Shown here: piece after piece, positions 1-6,552 of the stretch
Position numbering within the stretch: the first letter of the stretch is position 1
How the letters are laid out: every line of letters begins with the position of its first letter
Assembly: GCA_049414405.1 (NCBI GenBank)
Contig: JBMSAQ010000012.1
Coordinates: 1 to 9,597, forward strand
DNA from: Candidatus Nanopusillus sp.
GTDB taxonomy: Archaea > Nanobdellota > Nanobdellia > Nanobdellales > Nanobdellaceae
Reading direction: 5' to 3'
Length of the DNA: 9,597 nucleotides
The notes under the pieces: generated by a model
Seen by the model: the letters and a program-made list of their open reading frames with translations, nothing else
Databases searched by the model: none
Told to the model about the DNA's origin: nothing
Translations under genes and position numbers: made by a program

Positions 1-458
1 TAACCATTCACAGTCCATTTAGATGTATCTAAAGTATTTCCATTAAAATCATCAAAGAATTCAAAAACCAAATCTCCGTTACTTAAACTTATAGCGTTTG
101 GGTTTCCGTACCATAAATATATGGTTTTATTAGAATTTCCCGGTATAAGTGGGACTTTTACCCAAATATGGGTATTTGACGTATTACACGTACCCGATTC
201 CACCCAATAATTTAATAATGTGGTTCTATCAGAATCTGTGAATCTTATATCGCCACAATCCGATCTCATTTTACCCTGTGATATTAAGGTACGTGTGTCT
301 AAAGTCACTAATATCTGATAATCAATTAAATTATTTGGGTTTTGGGTGTTATTTATTGTAATTTGCCTATAATATTGCCATCCGTCTAAAGAATAAACAT
401 TATAAGAAAAGAATATTAAAAAGAATATTCCAAATAATTTAAGGAATTTTTTAATCAT
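1..458 (-). CDS. Secreted DUF2341 + ConA-like/LamG-type lectin domain protein. Only the N-terminal ~152 aa are in the window; the C-terminus lies beyond the window start.
   Basis: This ORF is not in the supplied track because it runs off the window edge. Hand translation of the minus strand from ATG 458..456 gives MIKKFLKLFGIFFLIFFSYNVYSLDGWQYYRQITINNTQNPNNLIDYQILVTLDTRTLISQGKMRSDCGDIRFTDSDRTTLLNYWVESGTCNTSNTHIWVKVPLIPGNSNKTIYLWYGNPNAISLSNGDLVFEFFDDFNGNTLDTSKWTVNG... with no stop. The basic n-region plus hydrophobic core looks like a Sec signal peptide. GW.YR..ITI, DIRFTDSD, WVKVP and YLWYGNP match the DUF2341 (PF10102) consensus as I remember it. FDDFNG..LD.SKW is a typical start of a ConA-like lectin/glucanase fold. 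Its ATG overlaps the TGA of the upstream gene (ATGA at 455-458). Confidence 0.85.
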   Translation of the reverse strand, partial: MIKKFLKLFGIFFLIFFSYNVYSLDGWQYYRQITINNTQNPNNLIDYQILVTLDTRTLISQGKMRSDCGDIRFTDSDRTTLLNYWVESGTCNTSNTHIWVKVPLIPGNSNKTIYLWYGNPNAISLSNGDLVFEFFDDFNGNTLDTSKWTVNG

Positions 459-844
459 CTTCTACCAAATTGTACTTGTTGTATAGCCAATACATATATG
501 CCTGCTACTAGTATTACAAAGAATATTATCCATACATATGGATTGGCTAATACTCCAGTATATGCTCCAAAATGTGTTAAAGTATTTACTGTGGCGTTTG
601 TTACATTTACAAGATTATTACATAAATAAGATTCATTATATAAATTATATTGATCTATGATTTGCATACATTGCTGGTATTGTTGAGCGTAAAAATGTGT
701 TTGAGTATTAATTCCAACTGCAGATAAGTAAGAAGCCACACTTACATTACTAGCTATTATGTACGACATAACTATGATTAAAATAAGAGCTAATATTGCA
801 GCTACTGTTAATATCATTAATGATCCGATCGATCTCTTACCCAT
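455..844 (-). CDS. 2-TM hairpin membrane protein with a sequon-rich polar loop (hypothetical; candidate virion or envelope protein)
   Basis: ATG at 844..842, and the TGA at 457..455 overlaps the next ATG. The 129-aa product has an N-terminal TM (SLMILTVAAILALILIIVMSYII) and a Q/N/Y-rich loop of about 65 aa. The loop carries four N-x-S/T sequons (NVS, NES, NVT, NAT) and two Cys. A C-terminal TM follows (YVWIIFFVILVAGIYVLAI), then the basic tail FGRR. The architecture and local similarity patches (INTQTH vs INQTH, LVN, FGRR vs RFGG) are shared with the product of 4756..5178. Confidence 0.8.
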   Translation of the reverse strand: MGKRSIGSLMILTVAAILALILIIVMSYIIASNVSVASYLSAVGINTQTHFYAQQYQQCMQIIDQYNLYNESYLCNNLVNVTNATVNTLTHFGAYTGVLANPYVWIIFFVILVAGIYVLAIQQVQFGRR

Positions 845-855
845 ATTATATTATA

Positions 856-3800
856 TTATCTCCAGAAAGTATAAAAGGCATAGGCTACATCAGATATACT
901 CTTTTGTGGCTTTTCTAATATTGTTTCTATTGCTTTAGATGGTTTAGCTGGAATAGCTATGAATGGTAAACCGAAAGGTGATGGTGGACTTGGGGGTATA
1001 GTTCTATGTGTAGTTCTAGGTCTAAATGGTTCTTCCCTTGGTCGATTATATGGTTCTCTTAATGGATAATAAGTAGGTCTTGGTTCAATTGGATATTCTC
1101 TTGCATATTCACGGTAATAAATGTATGGCTCTCTAGTCCTTTCAAGATATCTACTTCCCCTTTCTATACGTGGATAAGGCTCTCTAAATCTTTCAAAAAG
1201 TCTACTTCCTCTTTCTATATAGGAACGTAGTTCTCTATAAGTTTCTATATGACTAGTCCTATAAGGTTCTCTTACTAAAGTTTCATATATATTTCTAGAG
1301 TAAGGTACATTATAAGATCTTGCTGTAGTTCTTATTAATTCAGAATGTAAACCAGGGGCAATTTCTCTTTCTCTATACATAATATAACGTTCTTCAGGAG
1401 TAGATCTTCTAATTGTATTTTCTTTACGTGTTGACACTATTGTTTCTCTTGTATTCATAGTATTTATTGGATATAGATTTATAGGTTCTCCTGGTTTTAC
1501 TTCAGTTTTAACAATCTTTAATTTATGCCAATCAGATAAAATATCTCGCATTGGACCAGGTAATTTTTCTAATAATTCAGGAGTTTGTCTTAACCAAGCA
1601 TTATGTGTATAGCCTAAACCCCTTAATTTAGCTCCAGGTTCTATAATAACTTGCCTTTCATGAGCTAATCCTAATACATCTTCAGTACCTATTACAGGTA
1701 CTCCTCTTCTAGCACTATGTTCTATTACAGCATTTTTATATTGCATGTACATAGGTCCATATTTTGGATGATTTAGTAATTCTTTTGTTATTTTTTCTAA
1801 ATCGCCTTTATGTTTTATTTGTAAGCTTCTTACAAAATCTACAAGTTCTCTTGGTGGTAATGGACCCCATTCTATGTCTCTATTTGCTAAAATAATACCC
1901 CCTCTTTCAAAAGGATGTCTAATGGAATGAACAAATCTGGAAATTTCTTCTTTAATACTAGTACCTCTAATATTAGGCATACCTGTATAAGGACGTGTAT
2001 CTGTAATTCCAGCATAAAAAGCTAAAGCGACTGCTTGTTTATTACTTTCTCCTGGCGAATAATACATACCTACATTTTTTAATTGAACTCTCCAGCTTTC
2101 TGCTTTATCACTTGAACTTGGTTTTATCATAATTTCTTCTCCTCTCGCTAATCTATTAACAAATTTTACATCTGGTGTAACATGAGCTATTAAATTATCT
2201 TTACTTTTTTGATCTGCATATACTTTACCAAATTCCCATACATTTCTACCTTCCCCATAAGTAGGTCTTGGTACTATAACTACTTCTTCTCCAGAAGGTA
2301 ATCTTACTACATATGATTTAACTGGTTCTGTAGCCAATGGTGTCTTAAATTCTCTTATTTCAGCAATAGAACCTGTACCTCTTTTAGCATCTAATCTACT
2401 TGCTATAGCACCAGCTACTCCAGGTAATAAAGTATTTACTGTAGATAAACCCGTCGACCACAATAAAAGTGCATTTGGATTATCATGGAAAAATGGATAT
2501 GATAAAATAGTATTAGTTGTAAATTCTCCAGTAAATCTCCATGCTGGCGTTAAACCAGCTACTTTTGAACCAGCTTCTTTACTATGAGTTATCATTTCAG
2601 TAAATTTACCTGCTCCTCTAGAGTAAAGTACGCTTAAAGAAGGACTCATAATAGACCCGGCTGCAGAAAATAATGCTCCAATTTCGGCTGCAGCTATTTT
2701 TTCTGAAGGAGAAAGAGGACCGTGACCTGTTACTATAGATGTAGCCTCTCCTAAACCCCATCCAGCAACAGAACCAACACCAGCATGTAATGCTACTCTA
2801 GGAGCAGTACGCGTTAATAATGCTGTCCCTGCTAACATACCAGCTCCAGCAATATTACCAGAGACAGGATCGTAATAAAAGCGTTCTGCCCATCTCTGTA
2901 CTCTTTCTGCAGGTTCTATTAACCTCGTTTTAGTTAAAGCAGTTGAAGCTCCAGCTGTAGCAATTGTACTAATAGCTTGTAAAGCTGTTGTTGGTTTTTC
3001 CCAAAATCTTTTTATTGCTTGTCGTACTAATTCATCATTATAACTAATAATAGAATCTATACGAGCTTTAGGATCTATATTTGTAGGACTACCAGCTAAT
3101 ATAGCTTGACCTGGTACTGATGTAGGAGTTAAATCGATAGCCCACCTATTCTTTAGATAATCAAACATAGCTTGAGTATTGTTAAATGTTTGGGTACCCA
3201 TTATTTGCCCATAGGTATTAAGTAAATATACAGTATTTGTATCAAAATTAACCCCTACATAAGATATAGTATTTGGATTTAAAGAGCTATATCCAATAGG
3301 ATTGATAAATATACGCATATTTTCTGGTAAGGTTTGATTTGTTTGTGAAGAATATACTGAACTATAACCAAACCATAAAGTATTTTGATTTGTTTGTTGT
3401 TCTTGAGTTGAAGTAGATACATTTACAGATTGTAAACTAGTTGTTACTTGAGGAGTACTGGAACTAAATCTTATTTCTCTATCAGTTATTTGATAAATAA
3501 TTGGTACAGTTGTACTGACACTATATGCAGCCAATGCTGTACTATTTGGATTACCTGATTCTCTTACATATATATTTCCAGTAGTAGAATAACTTGTTGT
3601 AGTAACATTTTGAACACCACCATTAGAATATGTTATTGTAGCTGTAGGTACTCTTACTTCTTTATTTATATCTACCCATTGGCCACTTACATTTAATGGA
3701 GTAGTAGACCTTATAGTATAGGTACCGTCACTATGATAAGTTACCCCTAATAAAGCCCCATATCTTCCACCAGTTGCATATACAGTCATAGTTTGGCCAG

Positions 3801-4230
3801 GTTGTAAACTTTTAAGTCTTTCAGCATCGCCATGTGATAAAGTATAACCATATTGACTTAAAACAGAGCCTACGGCTGAAGATGTATCCATTAAGGTAAC
3901 CGTTTGAACATTAGCTGTAGTTGGTCTAGTTTGATTTATAACATTTGTAGAACTAGTAGGATTAGTAGATGTTGATGATGTATTAATAGGTCTATGTCCA
4001 ATTCCTGATTGCTGAGTTTGTTGAGTTTGTGCTGGAGTTGTATGTACTATATTTTGAGATGAATTAGATGTTTGTGAACTTAAAATATTAGCATTATTAG
4101 TAGAACTATTTACTGAAGAGTATCCAAAAAATCCAGAAGTATTAGATGTAGGAGATTGATTATTAACTGAACTATAACCAATTACTGGTTTATTTTCTGA
4201 AGAATAACCAATTCTATTATTAGAGGACAT
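856..4230 (-). CDS. Giant 1124-aa mosaic protein (hypothetical; candidate adhesin, fibre or membrane-interacting structural protein)
   Basis: An uninterrupted 3375-nt ORF with ATG at 4230..4228 and TAA at 858..856. The start lies 1 nt after the upstream stop. Modules by eye: aa 1-112 (3895-4230) form an S/T/N/Q-rich low-complexity region with three [IF]GYSS copies, and two more copies lie at 3358-3372 and 3283-3297. Many N-x-S/T sequons occur up to about aa 400. aa 416-613 (2392-2985) are Gly/Ala-rich hydrophobic segments with small-xxx-small patterns (IAGAGMLAGTALL, AGVGSVAGWGLG, IGALFSAAGSI, LLPGVAGAIASRL). aa ~620-985 have ordinary globular composition. aa 986-1072 (1015-1275) are an R/E/P/Y-rich repeat region. 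The C-terminus reads IPPSPPSPFGLPFIAIP. There is no N-terminal signal peptide. I do not recognise any domain family. Confidence 0.9.
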   Translation of the reverse strand: MSSNNRIGYSSENKPVIGYSSVNNQSPTSNTSGFFGYSSVNSSTNNANILSSQTSNSSQNIVHTTPAQTQQTQQSGIGHRPINTSSTSTNPTSSTNVINQTRPTTANVQTVTLMDTSSAVGSVLSQYGYTLSHGDAERLKSLQPGQTMTVYATGGRYGALLGVTYHSDGTYTIRSTTPLNVSGQWVDINKEVRVPTATITYSNGGVQNVTTTSYSTTGNIYVRESGNPNSTALAAYSVSTTVPIIYQITDREIRFSSSTPQVTTSLQSVNVSTSTQEQQTNQNTLWFGYSSVYSSQTNQTLPENMRIFINPIGYSSLNPNTISYVGVNFDTNTVYLLNTYGQIMGTQTFNNTQAMFDYLKNRWAIDLTPTSVPGQAILAGSPTNIDPKARIDSIISYNDELVRQAIKRFWEKPTTALQAISTIATAGASTALTKTRLIEPAERVQRWAERFYYDPVSGNIAGAGMLAGTALLTRTAPRVALHAGVGSVAGWGLGEATSIVTGHGPLSPSEKIAAAEIGALFSAAGSIMSPSLSVLYSRGAGKFTEMITHSKEAGSKVAGLTPAWRFTGEFTTNTILSYPFFHDNPNALLLWSTGLSTVNTLLPGVAGAIASRLDAKRGTGSIAEIREFKTPLATEPVKSYVVRLPSGEEVVIVPRPTYGEGRNVWEFGKVYADQKSKDNLIAHVTPDVKFVNRLARGEEIMIKPSSSDKAESWRVQLKNVGMYYSPGESNKQAVALAFYAGITDTRPYTGMPNIRGTSIKEEISRFVHSIRHPFERGGIILANRDIEWGPLPPRELVDFVRSLQIKHKGDLEKITKELLNHPKYGPMYMQYKNAVIEHSARRGVPVIGTEDVLGLAHERQVIIEPGAKLRGLGYTHNAWLRQTPELLEKLPGPMRDILSDWHKLKIVKTEVKPGEPINLYPINTMNTRETIVSTRKENTIRRSTPEERYIMYREREIAPGLHSELIRTTARSYNVPYSRNIYETLVREPYRTSHIETYRELRSYIERGSRLFERFREPYPRIERGSRYLERTREPYIYYREYAREYPIEPRPTYYPLREPYNRPREEPFRPRTTHRTIPPSPPSPFGLPFIAIPAKPSKAIETILEKPQKSISDVAYAFYTFWR
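1117..1218 (-). repeat. In-frame 51-nt (17-aa) tandem duplication inside the giant ORF
   Basis: Units 1117-1167 and 1168-1218 align at 37 of 51 nt by hand, and at 34 of 41 over the conserved part. They encode IERGSRYLERTREPYIY and IERGSRLFERFREPYPR. The duplication lies within a wider REPY-motif region (1015-1275). Confidence 0.8.
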
Positions 4231-4231
4231 A

Positions 4232-4726
4232 TTATTTTATAGAGTTTTCAATTTTTTTAACCTTTTCATATGGCATTATTATGCCTAATGATTTAGCTGA
4301 ATTTAATCTATAGTTTATCATTCTATGGGTATTAGTTAAACCCTTTCTATTAGCCAATAATGTAGATATATGCCATGCTATTTCTTTTATTTGGGGTTCA
4401 TCTGAATCAAGCTGATCCATAAAATTTTTTATAAAATGGGTCGCTGATTTATCAAATTGATAAGCTAAATTTAATAAAATTCCAGATCTACCAATAATAG
4501 TAGGTTTATTCCATTCCATTAAAATAGGTCTTAATCTTTGACCATCATGATATGCTAAATGTGTTAATAAAGCATGCCGATTAAGTAAATCAGCAACATC
4601 TAAAAAGAAAGCAATAGCTGTTATAGTAAAATCAACATCATCTTGTAATTTATCTTTATTGGAAGAAAGACCTAAGACTGAATTATTTCCAAAATATATA
4701 TTCTTAAAGTAAACATATTTTGACAT
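4232..4726 (-). CDS. Hypothetical 164-aa soluble protein, tightly coupled to the giant ORF
   Basis: ATG at 4726..4724 and TAA at 4234..4232, with only 1 nt before the ATG of the 1124-aa gene. Composition is ordinary, there is no TM segment, and I recognise no family. The position suggests a partner or chaperone of the giant protein (inference only). Confidence 0.8.
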   Translation of the reverse strand: MSKYVYFKNIYFGNNSVLGLSSNKDKLQDDVDFTITAIAFFLDVADLLNRHALLTHLAYHDGQRLRPILMEWNKPTIIGRSGILLNLAYQFDKSATHFIKNFMDQLDSDEPQIKEIAWHISTLLANRKGLTNTHRMINYRLNSAKSLGIIMPYEKVKKIENSIK

Positions 4727-4749
4727 AAAATAAAAAAAGGGAAGATCCC
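4727..4749 (-). terminator. Weak hairpin plus T-run between the 140-aa and 164-aa genes (possible partial terminator or attenuator)
   Basis: The minus strand reads GGGATCTTCCC (4-bp stem GGGA/TCCC with a 3-nt loop, 4749..4739), followed by TTTTTTTATTTT (4738..4727), immediately before the ATG at 4726. There is no room for a new promoter, so read-through must also occur. Confidence 0.3.
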
Positions 4750-4755
4750 AAGCCT

Positions 4756-5178
4756 TTAGATACTAGCTGATGGTACTCCTCCAAATCTTGGTGCTGAAAC
4801 TGTATTTACTACTTGGAATATTAGAGCTATTACAACTACTGAAATTACTAATATAACTACCATTGGTAATGTGTTTAATAGGAATACAAATGCTTGTCCA
4901 GTTGCAACTACTCCTTGATACGTTGCAGTGTATTGATAATTAACTAAATTTACTAATGTAGTTTGGGCTTGGTTTATTGATTCTCTTATTACTGTGTTGT
5001 TTGCATGTGTTTGATTTATCTGTTGTAACTGATTCAACCCCATTGCTAAGTTTTGTACAGATAGTGGTAATACTGTAGTACCAAAGGATCCTGTTATTAC
5101 TACTCCCAATACCGACAATAGTCCTAATACTAATATTGACAAACCCAATTGTACTAAGCTATATGCCCATGGTTCCAT
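4756..5178 (-). CDS. 2-TM hairpin membrane protein, apparent paralog of 455..844 (hypothetical; candidate major structural protein)
   Basis: ATG at 5178..5176. The 140-aa product has an N-terminal TM (LVQLGLSILVLGLLSVLGVVITG) and a Q/N/T-rich loop with NQT and NNT sequons. A C-terminal TM follows (FVFLLNTLPMVVILVISVVVIALIF), then the tail PRFGGVPSASI. It is the first gene after the heptad-repeat regulatory region and is followed by a small hairpin plus T-run. Confidence 0.85.
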   Translation of the reverse strand: MEPWAYSLVQLGLSILVLGLLSVLGVVITGSFGTTVLPLSVQNLAMGLNQLQQINQTHANNTVIRESINQAQTTLVNLVNYQYTATYQGVVATGQAFVFLLNTLPMVVILVISVVVIALIFQVVNTVSAPRFGGVPSASI

Positions 5179-5216
5179 AACTAATAAACTTATTCTTATT
5201 AGATAAGCTTGAAAAT

Positions 5217-5272
5217 AGTTATAAGTTATAATTTATAACCAATATTTGCAGTTATAAGTTATAAGTTATAAC
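5217..5272. repeat. Phased AGTTATA heptad array: two 23-nt direct repeats 33 nt apart (candidate operator or promoter element)
   Basis: Block 1 at 5217-5239 reads AGTTATAAGTTATAATTTATAAC. Block 2 at 5250-5272 reads AGTTATAAGTTATAAGTTATAAC. They differ at one position. Each block is three tandem heptads ending in the palindrome (G/T)TTATAAC. The array lies in the 95-nt gap between the stop at 5274 and the ATG at 5178. Confidence 0.7.
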
Positions 5273-5273
5273 T

Positions 5274-5615
5274 TCAGACTTCTTTGGTTTCTTTTGAAAA
5301 TAAATATATATCGAGTACTTTTATTATTTCATCATATATATCTTCCATTTCTTTAAGTGAATCACTTATTAGTCCTAATTCAATAACAGTATTTTCAATA
5401 TCTTTAATCCTACTTAATATTTCTTTCTTTTTATCTTCAGATTCTTCATATAATTTAATGATAAAATAACAATCTCCTAACAAAACAAGTAACTTAAACT
5501 TTAAATCTAATAAATCATTATTAGTGGCTAAAAGTTTAGCTTTTGCATAAGAAATTTGAAATTCTAATAAATGTCCTAAAACGATACCTTTTAATTGTTG
5601 AATTAAATAGTCCAT
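5274..5615 (-). CDS. Hypothetical 113-aa acidic protein, probably helical
   Basis: ATG at 5615..5613, 5 nt after the upstream stop, and TGA at 5276..5274. The K/E/L/I-rich composition is typical of a helical bundle or coiled coil. No family recognised. Confidence 0.75.
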   Translation of the reverse strand: MDYLIQQLKGIVLGHLLEFQISYAKAKLLATNNDLLDLKFKLLVLLGDCYFIIKLYEESEDKKKEILSRIKDIENTVIELGLISDSLKEMEDIYDEIIKVLDIYLFSKETKEV

Positions 5616-5620
5616 CTAAT

Positions 5621-6049
5621 TTATAATATTCTTGGTTTTCTTATTTGCTTTTCTCGTGGTTTAAATTCTTCTTTATATAGGTTTGCTCTTACATCATATG
5701 CACCAGTAACTGAATTTAATATCCAAACAATTCTACTTAAAATAGACATTAAAATTCTATAATCTACTTTACCCCACCTAATATAATCATCATAATTTAA
5801 AAGTTCATATAATATTTTATTTAAGAGGTTTCTCTTAGATTCATCATCAGTAATTTTAGCTGAAGATACATATAAATAAACATTTGTTATCAATGCCCTT
5901 ACTTTTTTCAAATATTCTTCATCCAAAACCCTATAATTGACAGAAACTTTTAGATTACTAGTATTTCCTACTTCTGATAAAAGTCTAATTATTTCAGGTA
6001 ATAAATAATATCTTATATCTCCTGTTGATATTGCTGGTATTTCATTCAT
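5621..6049 (-). CDS. Hypothetical 142-aa protein with a basic C-terminal tail; possible distant paralog of 7680..8144
   Basis: ATG at 6049..6047 shares one base with the upstream TAA (TAATG). It contains KITDDESK (5834-5857) followed by hydrophobic heptad-like spacing and SVTGAYD. The 154-aa protein has the parallel motifs RITDEATK and SIVSGVYN. The C-terminus is KPREKQIRKPRIL. Confidence 0.8.
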   Translation of the reverse strand: MNEIPAISTGDIRYYLLPEIIRLLSEVGNTSNLKVSVNYRVLDEEYLKKVRALITNVYLYVSSAKITDDESKRNLLNKILYELLNYDDYIRWGKVDYRILMSILSRIVWILNSVTGAYDVRANLYKEEFKPREKQIRKPRIL

Positions 6050-6552
6050 TATTTTTTAGTAAGTGCAAATGCTTTAGCCATATTTATAGCATCTAATAAG
6101 TACTGTTTTAAACCATTTTCTAATTCTTCATCTATTTGTATTGGTTTAAATTCCCATATTGCTGGATATATCTCTCTTTTATGTAAAATTACTCTAATTA
6201 CATCGCCATCTATTTGTATTTCTGGGATTTGTTCATATTCAATTATATCTATTTGTGAAACAAACTTAATGTCTCTTGTATTTTTATCTATTCTATATTT
6301 AAAGATATTTAAACCTGTAAGTAAAATACCTTGAATATTGTTTGTTTCTTTATTTTGTATTTCTGCCGTTCTTATTGCTATATGTTTATGGATATCTAAA
6401 TGTATTAAATAAAATCTGGATTTACTTATTTCTTTTCCATTATAATAATATTTTTTAGTAACTTTTGGCTCTACTTTTAGATCTTTTAAATTAAATTCTA
6501 TTATGATGGCTTCCTCTAATACTTGTGGTTCTTTGAAAATTCTTATACCCAT
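6049..6552 (-). CDS. Hypothetical 167-aa protein. The start is revised from the track's 6696 to the ATG at 6552.
   Basis: The track ORF starts at 6696, but its first 48 codons (W/Y/C/I-rich, MRDFWYIISYSS...) overlap the plus-strand gene and the promoter palindrome. The internal ATG at 6552..6550 (MGIRIFKEPQVLEE...) sits exactly at the edge of the palindrome, 26 nt downstream of a minus-strand TTTATATA (6585..6578). That is leaderless geometry. The product composition is ordinary and looks beta-rich. Confidence 0.75.
   Translation of the reverse strand: MGIRIFKEPQVLEEAIIIEFNLKDLKVEPKVTKKYYYNGKEISKSRFYLIHLDIHKHIAIRTAEIQNKETNNIQGILLTGLNIFKYRIDKNTRDIKFVSQIDIIEYEQIPEIQIDGDVIRVILHKREIYPAIWEFKPIQIDEELENGLKQYLLDAINMAKAFALTKK

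Noticed and set aside
2392-2985. Locally higher G+C inside the giant ORF, as a sign of a horizontally acquired insert.
   Set aside because: It is fully explained by the Gly/Ala/Pro-rich protein segment (GGN/GCN codons). The reading frame and third-position A/T preference continue unchanged.
4232-4726. HEPN-like R-x6-H motif (ANRKGLTNTH) in the 164-aa protein, hinting at an RNase or toxin.
   Set aside because: It is a single short motif at the extreme end of the allowed spacing. It lacks the usual flanking residues and any partner antitoxin or nucleotidyltransferase. That is not enough to support a call without a profile search.
5217-5272. Possible mini-CRISPR array or degenerate repeat-spacer unit.
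   Set aside because: There are only two 23-nt copies, each made of 7-nt subrepeats, separated by a 10-nt spacer. That is far too short for CRISPR repeats and spacers, and there is no leader or cas context.
5284-5469. 61-aa plus-strand ORF from the track (MVSFENKYISSTFIISSYISSISLSESL...).
   Set aside because: It lies entirely antisense to the 113-aa minus-strand gene. Its S/I/L-rich low-complexity sequence is typical of a shadow frame opposite K/E/I-rich coding DNA. It has no promoter-like context.
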